From: a bacterium
GTDB lineage: Bacteria; Fidelibacterota; Fidelibacteria; Fidelibacterales; Fidelibacteraceae
Assembly: GCA_963676395.1 (NCBI GenBank)
Contig: OY781066.1
Location: 1,472,001 to 1,536,000 of the forward strand
DNA: 64,000 bases
Direction: 5' to 3'
Shown in pieces: positions 20,686-32,000 of the stretch (its first letter is position 1; every line of letters begins with the position of its first letter). The position numbers were made by a program, and so were the translations under genes. The notes beneath the pieces are model-generated. The model had not been told where the DNA came from, did no database searches, and worked only from the letters and a program-made list of their open reading frames with translations.

Positions 20686-21492
20686 TTATCCAATATGAGG
20701 TAAAATAGCGCTAAGTATTAATATACAGGATGAGATGACAGCGTATAGTATTTTCAGTGAGCGGGTTTCTCTTTTAATAATAAAGGCATAAAACATTGAC
20801 CATAAGCCGGCAAAAAGCAAGATAATGCCTTCTATAGAAAAAACTGGTAGCGTTTTTATGAATAGTTCGCCAAAGCTAATGGGCCAAATTAGGAGATAAG
20901 CTATTAAGCCAATTAATAATGAGTAAAGGAAAAAAGCTCCTTGAACCCATGTGATTTTTCTACCCTTAACAATATCCCAAGGGAAGATGGTGATTACGTA
21001 GATCCAGGCCCATGATCCTGCTCCCCACAGAAGTATGGGAAATGCAATACCACGGAAAAGCCATAGCCAGTTTGGCAATTGAGCTTCTTCTTGGTCTTCA
21101 AAAGTAAATATCACCATGCTAAGGGCAATAATTGTAGTTAGAATGCCATGTGAAAACATGATGTAGCTGGTTGAAATGGCGAGTAAAAAGACCGATATAG
21201 AAAAGCGTTCCTGACTCATGGTGAAAATGCGAAAAGCGATAAATACCATGAAAACAGCTAAAGCCAATGCGCCAAGCCAAGGATTTATATATGATTTCAT
21301 GATAAAGTTTGAAAACAATTCAGCCGGCCCGCCGAATGCCCAAAGCTGCCCAAAAATGTACTCTTTTGTGAAAGTAAAATTTAGTCCCTGCTCTATTTGA
21401 AAACTCATGAATTGCGGGGCAAAGAGTCGAAAGTATATGAATGATAATAGAAAGGTTATTCCCCCAAAAAGTGTGAATGAATTACGTTTCAT
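20686..21492 (-). CDS. Polytopic membrane protein resembling the N-terminal half of DUF6057
   Basis: EQGLNFTFTKEY...GGPAELFSNF...PWLGA pattern and several TM segments. Start placed at the ATG just after the dnaG stop. Confidence 0.55.
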   Translation of the reverse strand: MKRNSFTLFGGITFLLSFIYFRLFAPQFMSFQIEQGLNFTFTKEYIFGQLWAFGGPAELFSNFIMKSYINPWLGALALAVFMVFIAFRIFTMSQERFSISVFLLAISTSYIMFSHGILTTIIALSMVIFTFEDQEEAQLPNWLWLFRGIAFPILLWGAGSWAWIYVITIFPWDIVKGRKITWVQGAFFLYSLLIGLIAYLLIWPISFGELFIKTLPVFSIEGIILLFAGLWSMFYAFIIKRETRSLKILYAVISSCILILSAILPHIG

Positions 21493-21493
21493 A

Positions 21494-23290
21494 TTATAGA
21501 TCCTCAAAAATAGAGTCGTTATATATTTTGTTGACATGCTTGCGTGCATGCATGTTTTTCATTTGTGCTTTCATGATGTCTACCATCTCTTCCGAAGGTA
21601 CCGATCTAAGTTTTTCGGTTAGTATGTTATAGTCATCTTTCAGCATTTGCAGTTCTAGTTGCTTTAAGCTGTCTACAAACAATGCCTTTTGATTTTCTTC
21701 ATCGTATTGTTCCATAACGATTTGATAGCAGAAAGATTTGACTTTTTTGTCACTGATATTTTCGGGTATTTTTTCTGAATTGATGTAGACATTATTTTTT
21801 AATACTGCCTGGATCTCTGCCAGGACTTTTTTTAAAAACGGGTGTTTAAAGGTTTTGACCGACAAAAATCTTAATCCGGCTTTGCGGATAAGATTGCTAC
21901 CGTTTACCAATAGCTGGAGTAGGAGATATTCCGCGGCTTCACCTTGGTTTTTGAATTGTTTGGGTTTTTCCTGGGTAGATACTTCGGGTTCAGAAGTTGT
22001 TTGATATGCTTTCTGCTTGTTCAGTTGGTTTAAGAGTGTTTGTTCTTCTACAGAAAACAATTTGGCAATTTCTCTTGCAAACATTTCCCTGTAAACCGGA
22101 TCTGCAAAAGCTCTGATCTCATCGAGTAAAGATGTGATGGTATCGGATTTTTGCTTTGCGGACATTTTTGAGGGTTGATAATGTGCCCGTAAAAATTCCA
22201 TAAAGGGAAGAGCATTGGTAACTTGAGTATGAAATGCTTGAACACCTTCTTTTTGCAAGAATGAATCAGGATCTTCGCCTTCCGGGATCTGAAGGATCTT
22301 GCATTCAAGCTTTTGGGACGATAGGGTGAATCCTGTTTTTACCGCAGCTTTTTGTCCTGCGGTATCGCTATCGTAACAAAGGATAGCCTCATCGGCAAAA
22401 CGTCTTAATAGCCTTCCATGATCTCCGGTAAACGCGGTACCTGAACCTGCTACAACATTAGTATATCCATGTTGATATAGTTGAAGAAAATCCATATAGC
22501 CTTCTACGACCATGGCTTTTTTCTCTTTGCGCATAGGCTCTTTGGTGATGTTGAGTCCGTATAGGATCTTGCGTTTATTGTATATTGGAGTCTCGGGTGA
22601 GTTGAGATATTTGGCTTCTTTTTTATCGTCTTTCATTGTACGTCCGCCAAAACCGACCGCATTTCCTCTGTCGTCATACACCGGAAACATGATACGCTCT
22701 CTAAAACGATCGAATAAACGACCATCTTTTTCTGAGCGGACAAAAAGTCCGCTTTGCATAAGCAGGTTTGCATCATAGCGGGCTGAGAGCTTTTTTACAA
22801 GAAATTCCCAAGGTTCGGGAGAATAACCAAGCTTAAAATCTTTGATAGTTTGTTCGGATAATCCTCGTTCCAATAGATAGTCCAAAGCCTTTTTTCCGGA
22901 TGGCTTAAATAATTCGGCATGAAAAATATCAATAGCCTGGACATGAATATCGCGAAGTTTGCCGGTATCGCTTTGTTCCTGTGGAGACATTTGTTCGAAT
23001 TCAAGTTGGATATTGGCTCGCTCAGCAAGCTGTTTTACCGCTTCTATAAAAGATATTTTTTCATATTCCATAACAAAATTGATTACGTTTCCACCCACGC
23101 CACAGCCGAAACAATGATAGATCTGCTTGGAGGCAGATACAGAAAATGAAGCGGTTTTTTCATTATGAAAAGGACAACGGGCCCAGTAATTTGCTCCCTT
23201 TTTCTTCATAGGAAGATAAGAGCCGATCACCTCGACGATATCATTGGAATCTTTGATCTGTTCGACCGTATGTTCAGGAATTTTTGCCAT
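21494..23290 (-). CDS. dnaG: DNA primase
   Basis: Zn finger CPFHNEKTASF...CFGC, DRFRERIMFP, KYLNSPET, TOPRIM VVEGYMD, YDSDTAG. Confidence 0.97.
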   Translation of the reverse strand: MAKIPEHTVEQIKDSNDIVEVIGSYLPMKKKGANYWARCPFHNEKTASFSVSASKQIYHCFGCGVGGNVINFVMEYEKISFIEAVKQLAERANIQLEFEQMSPQEQSDTGKLRDIHVQAIDIFHAELFKPSGKKALDYLLERGLSEQTIKDFKLGYSPEPWEFLVKKLSARYDANLLMQSGLFVRSEKDGRLFDRFRERIMFPVYDDRGNAVGFGGRTMKDDKKEAKYLNSPETPIYNKRKILYGLNITKEPMRKEKKAMVVEGYMDFLQLYQHGYTNVVAGSGTAFTGDHGRLLRRFADEAILCYDSDTAGQKAAVKTGFTLSSQKLECKILQIPEGEDPDSFLQKEGVQAFHTQVTNALPFMEFLRAHYQPSKMSAKQKSDTITSLLDEIRAFADPVYREMFAREIAKLFSVEEQTLLNQLNKQKAYQTTSEPEVSTQEKPKQFKNQGEAAEYLLLQLLVNGSNLIRKAGLRFLSVKTFKHPFLKKVLAEIQAVLKNNVYINSEKIPENISDKKVKSFCYQIVMEQYDEENQKALFVDSLKQLELQMLKDDYNILTEKLRSVPSEEMVDIMKAQMKNMHARKHVNKIYNDSIFEDL

Positions 23291-23407
23291 CGTTTAATCT
23301 AAGGAATTGCTTAATGAGATTAAAGATAAATATCGGGCAGATTGGAAAAGCTTTAGGTTTAATATGGGATAAGTGAATAGGGTAAATATAGTTTCTTGTT
23401 TATACGA

Positions 23408-23433
23408 CAAGGGACAGGCATGCCTGTCCCTTG
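23408..23433. repeat. Perfect 26-bp palindrome, REP-like
   Basis: CAAGGGACAGGCA|TGCCTGTCCCTTG, intergenic. Confidence 0.75.
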
Positions 23434-23465
23434 CAATAAAGATTTAATAAAACATATCTTATTTC

Positions 23466-26093
23466 TTAGGGCCTTTCAGATATTTCTGCTGCCCCTTCAA
23501 AGAATATTGGATAGCTGGCTTTTTCGTACTGAACAATATTCGATGGAAAATTCCAGCCTTCCCATAGACAGCGTCCGGTAACCAAGGTTGTGCTGTTATG
23601 AACTACCGTTAAAAGAATCCCATCGGTTTCCATTTCTTCGCGGTCACTGGTATTGGTTGGATCACCATCATTATTACTTCGGTCATCATGCATGACATGT
23701 CTGAGTGATGGGTCGGTCACCTGTAAAAGCGACCAAGGTAAGCGGACGAGGATCTCGTTTCCGTCGATCTCAACACCATCCATGGAAGTTTTTATTCCAC
23801 CATTTTTTACCGTGATCAAATTACCAATATCCTGATAAGCATCATCACTACTGTTTTTCCACCGTACGGGTTCCCATGGGGCACCATAACTTGGGATGGA
23901 TTGATATTTCTTTTCAGGATCGTCAACATTATTTCGACGATGCCATATGCCGTAAAGGTTGTAAGCTTGAGTTACAAATAGTGGTGAATGATCACTACTG
24001 GTAATTGCTAAAGCGAATTCCGCACGATTGTTTACAATTGTTCCATTTGGTAAAATGGCTTCTCCAAGGTCAGCTCTGTATGTGTCAATACCAACCCAAA
24101 TTGTATCACCACTTGCAAGTGGATTTTCCGTTTGGAGTTTGATATAGAAAAATGCATTGTCCATATCAGCCTTTACCGAAAGAATATCACTACTTGCGCT
24201 AACTGTTGGCCAACGGGTAAAATCCGGAGATATTTCTCTGTATCCGATCAATCCGTAGTTTTGTTCCGGATTGGTAACATTTTGCCAGAACTGTCTGCGT
24301 TCTGTATGCGAATCAAATGGAGCCGTGATCCATGAATTTTTAAACCATTCATCGATCCAGGCGAAAACAAATCCACCGGCGCAACCGGTATCATAAATAT
24401 TATGTAGCATACGGACATCAGAATGTCCTTGTTCTTTTTCTGTCATACCGCCATGGTACATACCGCTATGACTAAAGCGAGCATTTCCCCAAGATGAGGG
24501 TACACCAAATTCTGCTATGATCAAAGGCCAGTTGTCATAATGGTTATTCAGGTCGGTTAAGTACCCTACATAGGAGTTTGGCCCCACAGAATCTGAAAAT
24601 GTTTGATAACCCGGATCATCACTCATAAAATCCGGATAATAAGGGTAAGCGTGATAAGACATAAAGAAACCGGCCGGAGCATCCACAGCAACGATATCAT
24701 TCATGTTGAAAGTTTCATCTTCTTCATCGGTATTTGGTGTGTCTTCCGTGGGGTGATAGATAGGATCCAAGGTTGGCCAGGAAGAGACTGAAACAGGTTT
24801 ATTTTCATCATAATTGCTTTGCATATAATCCACCATATGATCAAGTCTTGCCGTCATCCAGACATCTAACTGACAAGTATCCTGGATACTGAAGTGATCT
24901 CCGGTGAATGACGTCCAATCATCATAGGCTTCTTCAATTTTTTCTACTTCAGCCGGGTGGATTTCTCTACCGATGATATAGCCCAGCACCCAAGGAGAAA
25001 CGTCAGAAGTAAAATCTCCATGTGCACGACCAAAGCGATGCGAGATGCTTTTATTACCGTGCATACAGTCAATGATCTCAGCGATATCGTCATCGAATTT
25101 ATCGGTTTGACCCGATACCAGATTGCCTTCATATTCTTCATCTAACCAGACACCTTGAATTAAGAAAAGTGGCTTATTTGGGTGGGCAAGGTTATATGTT
25201 CTTAATTCTTCATAAAATCTTGGGAAATGCAGGGTGTAGGTTCGTAAGTAGTTTAAACCTCCTTGAGCGAGTTCTTCGATCCAGTCGGCATATTCCTCAC
25301 GAGTTGCGGCCAAGGCACCCGGAGATGTTCCCGGAACAGCAGCCCCAAGGTTGATGCCTTTTAAGAAAAGGGATACCCATTCGCCATCTCGATAAACTTG
25401 AATGTATTCACCTTCGGCTTTGAAAGGCATGCTAAGTTTTTCGGTGGTGTAAACCATATTGACACCACTTTCGGAGAGTGAAACGCCTTCTTTGATATAA
25501 TTTGTTCCATTTGCAAATCTAATATAAAAATCAAAAGTACTTCCACCGGTAAATGTATCGATAATATTTGATGCGTCACCGGGTTCAATGATTACACCAT
25601 TTTGCTCGATCAAGGCCACCTTGATACTTGAACTGTAATTTGCCGTGATTAATCTAATGATATAAACACCTTCGGGTAATTCACGACCTGTATTGTCTAT
25701 GGCCTGCCAAACAATCTGGTTCAATCCCGCAGGTGCATTTGAAACCGAAATGCTGGATACTTTTTGACCACGAATATTATAAGTTTCAAGCTGAATATCT
25801 GATTCATCTTTAAGTAAGACAGGTACAACGGAAGATCCTTTGGATGGATTTGGATATGCTGGATACAGCTGAGTGTTTTCGATGCTAACATTTTCAATGA
25901 TGGTATAGAATTCACCCCACTGGTTTGTTACTATCTCGTCGAGTATTGAACTTTTTCCGGCTTCTGTTATTCGGATGCTTGCGGTCCCTACACCGCCGCC
26001 GTATTGATTCATCAGGCGACAATCAAAGCCAGCCGCTTGTAATGAAAATCCGATGGTCAATAGCAGTAATAATATCTTTGGCAATTTAGACAA
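23466..26093 (-). CDS. Secreted putative TIM-barrel glycoside hydrolase with an N-proximal YPNP/FlgD-Ig domain
   Basis: TTG start behind AAGGAG, signal peptide, QLYPAYPNP...GVYIIRL, then KGINLG, LRTYTLH, IIGRE, SYHAYPYYPDF, IAEFGVPSS (clan-A-like acid/base and nucleophile positions). Confidence 0.7.
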   Translation of the reverse strand: MSKLPKILLLLLTIGFSLQAAGFDCRLMNQYGGGVGTASIRITEAGKSSILDEIVTNQWGEFYTIIENVSIENTQLYPAYPNPSKGSSVVPVLLKDESDIQLETYNIRGQKVSSISVSNAPAGLNQIVWQAIDNTGRELPEGVYIIRLITANYSSSIKVALIEQNGVIIEPGDASNIIDTFTGGSTFDFYIRFANGTNYIKEGVSLSESGVNMVYTTEKLSMPFKAEGEYIQVYRDGEWVSLFLKGINLGAAVPGTSPGALAATREEYADWIEELAQGGLNYLRTYTLHFPRFYEELRTYNLAHPNKPLFLIQGVWLDEEYEGNLVSGQTDKFDDDIAEIIDCMHGNKSISHRFGRAHGDFTSDVSPWVLGYIIGREIHPAEVEKIEEAYDDWTSFTGDHFSIQDTCQLDVWMTARLDHMVDYMQSNYDENKPVSVSSWPTLDPIYHPTEDTPNTDEEDETFNMNDIVAVDAPAGFFMSYHAYPYYPDFMSDDPGYQTFSDSVGPNSYVGYLTDLNNHYDNWPLIIAEFGVPSSWGNARFSHSGMYHGGMTEKEQGHSDVRMLHNIYDTGCAGGFVFAWIDEWFKNSWITAPFDSHTERRQFWQNVTNPEQNYGLIGYREISPDFTRWPTVSASSDILSVKADMDNAFFYIKLQTENPLASGDTIWVGIDTYRADLGEAILPNGTIVNNRAEFALAITSSDHSPLFVTQAYNLYGIWHRRNNVDDPEKKYQSIPSYGAPWEPVRWKNSSDDAYQDIGNLITVKNGGIKTSMDGVEIDGNEILVRLPWSLLQVTDPSLRHVMHDDRSNNDGDPTNTSDREEMETDGILLTVVHNSTTLVTGRCLWEGWNFPSNIVQYEKASYPIFFEGAAEISERP

Positions 26094-27042
26094 TTCGGTT
26101 TTCTCCTTTTTCTCCACGCAATATACGCAGACAATTTTCAACGGCCATGATCGCTAATCTGTTCCTTACAGCTACTGTCGCAGAACCGGTGTGTGGAGTA
26201 AGAACGACGTTGTCAAGTTTATTCAACCCTTCGCAAAGGGCAGGTTCATTTTCATATACATCTAATGCAGCACCTGCAATGATCTTTTTTTTAAGGGCAA
26301 TTACTAATTCATGTTCATCTATCACCGGCCCTCTGGCGGTATTAATGAGATAAGCCGTATTTTTCATCATATTTAATTCGCGTTTTCCAATTAAATGGTG
26401 ATTTTCTGGACGCATGGGAATATGTAAAGAAATAAAATCAGATTCGCGGATCAGAGTATCAAAATCGACATTTTCAGCTTGTAGCTCCTTGTCGAGTATT
26501 TTATTCGGTTTTCCGCTGTAAAGAACACGCATATTGAAGCCTTTAGACATTAAAGCAAAGGCAGTGCCAATACGACCGGTTCCGATAACGCCTAAGGTTT
26601 GTCCCGCAATATCTCCACCCAGCATCAACATAGGCATCCAACCGGTAAATTTACCTTTTCGCATAAAACTATCAGATTCCGGAATTCGCCTTGCGATGGA
26701 AAACAGTAAAGCCCAGGCAAGTTCAGCGGTACTTTGCGATAGAATGCCCGGAGTATTGCAAACTGCAATCCCTTTTTTTTCAGCATAATCAATATTGATA
26801 TTATTATAACCAACGGCCATATTTGAAACCACTTCCAAATTTGTTGCCGCATCTAAAAGTTGTTGATCAATTTTGTCATCAAGAAGACAGATCAAACCAT
26901 GAATATCTTTTACTTTTTGCTGTAATTTCTCAGGGGGTAAAGGTTGCTCGCTTTGAAGTATTTCGACTTCAAATTCAGACTCTCTCAGAACTTTCATACC
27001 TGCATCAGGAATAATCCTTGACAGGAAGATCTTCTTTGCCAT
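26086..27042 (-). CDS. D-isomer 2-hydroxyacid dehydrogenase (glyoxylate reductase/D-glycerate dehydrogenase type)
   Basis: AVGYNNI, NTPG, GTGRIG, INTARG, LDVYENEP, TPHTGSAT. Confidence 0.92.
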   Translation of the reverse strand: MAKKIFLSRIIPDAGMKVLRESEFEVEILQSEQPLPPEKLQQKVKDIHGLICLLDDKIDQQLLDAATNLEVVSNMAVGYNNINIDYAEKKGIAVCNTPGILSQSTAELAWALLFSIARRIPESDSFMRKGKFTGWMPMLMLGGDIAGQTLGVIGTGRIGTAFALMSKGFNMRVLYSGKPNKILDKELQAENVDFDTLIRESDFISLHIPMRPENHHLIGKRELNMMKNTAYLINTARGPVIDEHELVIALKKKIIAGAALDVYENEPALCEGLNKLDNVVLTPHTGSATVAVRNRLAIMAVENCLRILRGEKGENRIV

Positions 27043-27075
27043 AGTTCACCTATGAATAAAGTGAAGGGCTAATAT

Positions 27076-27585
27076 TTATAGATTTTCCAGTTTTACCTTC
27101 ATGTCGGCAATAACAGCATTGATCTCGTCGCCCATGAGTTTGTTAAGGAATAGATTGGTCCAGCGAGCACCGATATTAGCGCCGGCAAAAACTTTAATTG
27201 AAAAGTTGACCGTAGTTTTTTTACCGGCTGTAAGTTGCCAAACTGTTTCAGCCATCTCGTGACCCTGATATATAATATTATCGCGAATACTCATATTTTC
27301 ACCCAGACTTACTTCACAGGCACCTTTACCAACAAGATCGCTTTCCCATGTGTAACCAAGTTCACCTGGTTCATGTAAGAAAACAATTGAGGTATCTTCG
27401 GTTTCCCAAATAGGCCATAGATGATTTGCATAAAGGTCTAAAATTTCTGCTTCTACAATATCTGCGGGTGCGTCAATGTTGTATTCTTTATTAAATGTAC
27501 CCACTTTAGGCAAGAAAAGTCCAATGACAAAAAACAATGCAATACATGCCAATAGTATGGTACTCAGGATTTTTAAAAATTTCAT
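27076..27585 (-). CDS. SRPBCC/polyketide-cyclase-like membrane-anchored protein
   Basis: N-terminal TM ending GLFLP, IDAPADIV, YTWES...VGKG. Confidence 0.6.
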   Translation of the reverse strand: MKFLKILSTILLACIALFFVIGLFLPKVGTFNKEYNIDAPADIVEAEILDLYANHLWPIWETEDTSIVFLHEPGELGYTWESDLVGKGACEVSLGENMSIRDNIIYQGHEMAETVWQLTAGKKTTVNFSIKVFAGANIGARWTNLFLNKLMGDEINAVIADMKVKLENL

Positions 27586-27615
27586 ATCTAGTCTCCTTTA
27601 GGGAAGCTGTCTTTA

Positions 27616-28497
27616 TTAGTTATTTATTTTAATCTTTTTTTCTGATTTATAATGCCAAATGATCAATGCGACTCCACCGGCAACCATAAAGAAACTTAAG
27701 AGTTGTCCCATGGTTACCCAACCAAAAAGAAAACCCAATTGTTCGTCCGGTTGGCGGAAGAATTCACAAAAAGTTCTAAATAAGGCATAACCTATTAATA
27801 AAACACCAATTCTAACTGAACCGGGTGCATCTTTTTTATGTAAGAAAATCATGATCAGGAATAGTAACAGACCTTCAGTTGCAGCTTCGTATAATTGAGA
27901 AGGGTGACGGGCTTGAATATATCCGGCTTCGATATATTGCCTGATTACTTTCATTGGTGTATCCCATGCAAGTCCGGCTTCAGCGGGGAAATACATGGCC
28001 CACTTTGCATCTGTTACGCGTCCCCATAGCTCGCCATTTAAAAAATTTCCCAAACGTCCAAATAGTAAACCAAGCGGGGCGACGGTTACAACTTTACCGC
28101 CAATATCAAAAAAGTTTTTCTTGAATTTCCTGCACCAGAATATTCCTGCAAGAATACTGCCAAGGAGGCCACCATGAAAAGACATGCCGGAAAAACCGAC
28201 AAGTTTGCCATCGCGAAAAGGCCAGATAATATCCAAAGGATGATCAATATAGTATCCGAGATTATAAAAGATAACGTAACCCAATCGAGCACCGATCAAA
28301 AGGGCGATGATCAACCAGGAAAAAAGCGAATCGAATTCCTCACTTGTAAGATCGATTTTTTTGAGTTTGATCTCCCTGCGCATAAATATAAGAAAAAATA
28401 CAAACCCCAAAACATACATAAGTCCGTAGTAACGTAATTGAAAATTGCCAATTTCAAGAATATAGGGCTGTATATGGTGAATGCTGTGCTCTAACAT
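27616..28497 (-). CDS. lgt: Prolipoprotein diacylglyceryl transferase
   Basis: RYYGLMY, GMSFHGG, GRLGNFLNGELWGR, RHPSQLYE, EFFRQPD. Confidence 0.97.
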   Translation of the reverse strand: MLEHSIHHIQPYILEIGNFQLRYYGLMYVLGFVFFLIFMRREIKLKKIDLTSEEFDSLFSWLIIALLIGARLGYVIFYNLGYYIDHPLDIIWPFRDGKLVGFSGMSFHGGLLGSILAGIFWCRKFKKNFFDIGGKVVTVAPLGLLFGRLGNFLNGELWGRVTDAKWAMYFPAEAGLAWDTPMKVIRQYIEAGYIQARHPSQLYEAATEGLLLFLIMIFLHKKDAPGSVRIGVLLIGYALFRTFCEFFRQPDEQLGFLFGWVTMGQLLSFFMVAGGVALIIWHYKSEKKIKINN

Positions 28498-28623
28498 TGC
28501 TATCCTTTATTTGTTCACCCAAAAATAAGTAAAAACATAGCAATTAACAATTAAGAATTAAAAATTAAGAGTATAGAATTCAGAAGAGGGCAAAAGGTAA
28601 TATTTCTTGCCTGCCTACAATCA

Positions 28624-29079
28624 CTATTTAGATTCTTTTCCCACAATGTTTTCTATGGATATTTTTAAAATATAAATTGCATCAAGATGTTTAGTATGAT
28701 AGTTATTTTCCGGCCCCATGAAATGACGCATGAGTATATTGAGTCCAGCAATTTTTTCTTTTTCTTTTTCTAATATCTCTACATGGCCATACCCGATAAG
28801 AGATTGAAATTTCATAGTCCAATTGCAAGCTTTAGGGCCTGTCTCCAGCTTATGTTTTCCTTCTATCTCAAAACATACATAGGGGTTTTTACGAAGGATA
28901 TCGATCTTGCGACCTTCTTTGGCACAATGGATATAAAGTGCATTATTATGATAACCGTAGTTCAGTGGTACGATATATGGTATATCATGATCGATCATAG
29001 CGAGTCGGACAATATTTGAGTTTTTCAGTATGTCTAGGATGAGCTGAGGGTCGTTTATTTGTTTATTTTTTCTTCTCAT
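28624..29079 (-). CDS. Pyridoxamine 5'-phosphate oxidase/NimA-like flavin-binding protein
   Basis: MRRK, PYIVPLNYG, YIHCAKEGRK, NPYVCFE, SLIGYG, C-terminal GKE. Confidence 0.88.
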   Translation of the reverse strand: MRRKNKQINDPQLILDILKNSNIVRLAMIDHDIPYIVPLNYGYHNNALYIHCAKEGRKIDILRKNPYVCFEIEGKHKLETGPKACNWTMKFQSLIGYGHVEILEKEKEKIAGLNILMRHFMGPENNYHTKHLDAIYILKISIENIVGKESK

Positions 29080-32000
29080 GTTTTTCTTTCATTACTTGAT
29101 TGATCATTTCAAAAAGATCTTTTTGGATAATGGGCTTGGTAATATATCCATTGCAACCGGCTTTTAACGTTTTGTTTTGATCTTCTTTCATAGCAAAAGC
29201 GGTTTGAGCAATGATCATAATATCTTTATTTGTTTTTCTTATCTCTTTTGTTACATCATATCCTGTCATATCAGGTAACTTGATATCCATAAGAATAAGA
29301 TCAATGTCGGGGATGCTTTTAACCAACTTAAGAGCCATGTCTCCGGTTGAAGCTGTTTTTAATGATTTACATTTATCTTCTAATAAAGCCTCCATAAACA
29401 TGCGTGAGGTTTTATCATCTTCTACAAGTAGGATATTCAAATCTTTAGGTGTTTTTGTAATATCGTGTTCAACTTTTGGCGGGGTATCACTGCTCTCATC
29501 CATTGGTAATTCCAGATAAAAAGTCGATCCTTTTCCTTCAATAGAATCTAAACCCAATTTTCCATTTAACATTTCTGCAAAAGCCTTGGATATTGCAAGG
29601 CCGAGACCGGATCCTTCGTAGGGTTTTGAGAGGCTATGATCAGCTTGCATGAATCTTTCAAATATTTTTTCTTGCTTGTTTTTGGGAACACCTATTCCCG
29701 TATCTTCTACATAAAATTCAATTGACTCGTTTTTAATGTTATAGCCGAATTTTATATGTCCGTTATTCGTATATTTTATAGCATTGTTAATAAAATTGCT
29801 GATAATTGCATCGAATTTTTCTTCATCGGTCACGAAATTTGCTTTTGTATCGCTAAGAGTAGGCGCAAATTCCAAAGATAACCCCTTATCCTCCGCATCG
29901 GGTTTAAAAAATTGATAGAAGTGATTCAAATGCTGGTTAAAGTTGATTTGTTTTTTAGTGATCTTTATCTGGTCGGCTTCAATTCTAGAAATATCAATGA
30001 GGTCATTAATTGTTGAAAGCATTCGTTTCCCACTTTTTTTAATGATCTCAATGTAATCACTTCGTTTCTCGGAGTCTAGATCAGGCTGATTTAGTAGATC
30101 GGAAAATCCTAGAATACCATTCATCGGGGTTCTGATTTCATGACTCATGTTGGCAAGAAAAGCAGATTTAAGTTTGTCGGATTCTTTGGCTTTTTCCAAA
30201 GCTGCCGATAGCTTTATTTCAGATTCTTTTCTCTCTGTTATATTTTCCGCCACTTTAATAAAGTTGGTAATTTCACCTTGTTCATCAAAGATGGCGGATA
30301 TTGAAGCGGCTTCCCAGTATAGGGAATTATTTTTTGTTTTGTTTCTAAACTCACCATACCATTCTTTCCCGCTGTTGATGGTTTCCCATAAGTCATTGTA
30401 GTCTTCAGAACTTAATTCACCCGATTTAAGTATATTTGTATTACATTTAATGATCTCATCAACGGTATATCCTGTTAATTCGGTAAATTTCGGATTGGCA
30501 TACTCAATATTTCCCTCGGTATCTGTGATTACAATAATAGAAGGACTTTGTTCAACGGCTGTAGAAAGTTTTAAGATACTTTCTTCGGCTTGTTTTGTTT
30601 CGGTAATGTCCTGAAAAACACAATGTGTTTGTACGAATTGACCTTCCGGATTAGTGCTGATCTTTCCGTCGAGCGAGATGTCAATATAATGCCCATCTTT
30701 GCATCGTATTTTATAGTGAACATTATTGACGGCTCCCTGAACTTTAAGTTTTGAAAAGTTCTTATCGAAATGCTTTGTCCATGAAGGATGTAGGAAGTCA
30801 GCAAAATCCTTGCCAATTACCTCTTCCGAGTTATAACCTAAGGTATCTAACCATTTTGGATTTACATCCTTGATTGTAGCATTTTCATCTAAGGATTGAT
30901 AGGGGATAGGAGAGTTATTGTAAAAGATACGATATCTTGCATCACTTTCACGGACTTGTTGTTCGGCTTTTAATAAATCACTGATATCAACATGAGTGCC
31001 TATCAGGCGTATAGCTTTACCGTTTTCGTCATGAATGATGTCAGCTCGAGAAAGTATATCAACCCAATAACCGTCTTTGTGTTTCATTTTAAATTCCATC
31101 TCAAAACGATCAATTTCTCCTGATACACATTTATTAAACATTTTCCATGAGCTTTCAACATCTTCTTTTTTGGTTAATTTTTCCCATATACTGAAATCAT
31201 TGGGGAGTTCGTCGTATTCATATCCCAACATAGATTTCCAGGCGGGAGAATAGTAGATCTCATTTGTAAGGATGTTCCAGTCAAATAAACCATCTTTTGA
31301 GGCTTTCATGGCAAGATCAAAACGTTTTTCACTCTCTGCGATTTTAAGGTTGGCTGTTTTTTGCTCGGTGACATCATCATAAATAGCAACGATCTCTTTG
31401 TTGGGTAATCTAAAAACCCTATTTTCGTAATAGTTTGAAAAATTATTATCCACATAGATCTTTGCAGGATAAAACGCCGGTTTGCCGGTTTGCCATACTT
31501 TTCTGAATATTTCAATAAGGCCGTACGTATCAATATTTGGTCTTATATCTTTAAGGGTTTTCCCAATAACATCCTCTCGTTTAAGATTTTCTATTTCGAG
31601 AGACATCCTATTGAAGTCCTGAATGACATAGTCACTTCCATATTTTCCATCATTAAGTACCTTGTAGATGGCAATACCGCTGTTCACGGTATTAATCAAT
31701 TGACCATATCGGTATTCGCTTATGTTTTTGGCTTCTTCGATCTTTTTTCGTTCGGTAATATTCTCTACTACTGAAAGAATACGGTCCACTTTATTATGTT
31801 CATTTTTAAGTGGTACGGTTTTGCAAAACTGATATTGATCATTTATGAAGAGTTCAAAATGCTGTTCTTTACCTTTGAAGGTTTTTAAGTAATACTTTTT
31901 TACTTGTTCGGCTTGATCCGAGAAAATATCTTTTAAACCTAAGCCGATGAAATCATCCGGGTTTAACCCCGATTTTGAAAATTCACTCCCTCCTATATAA

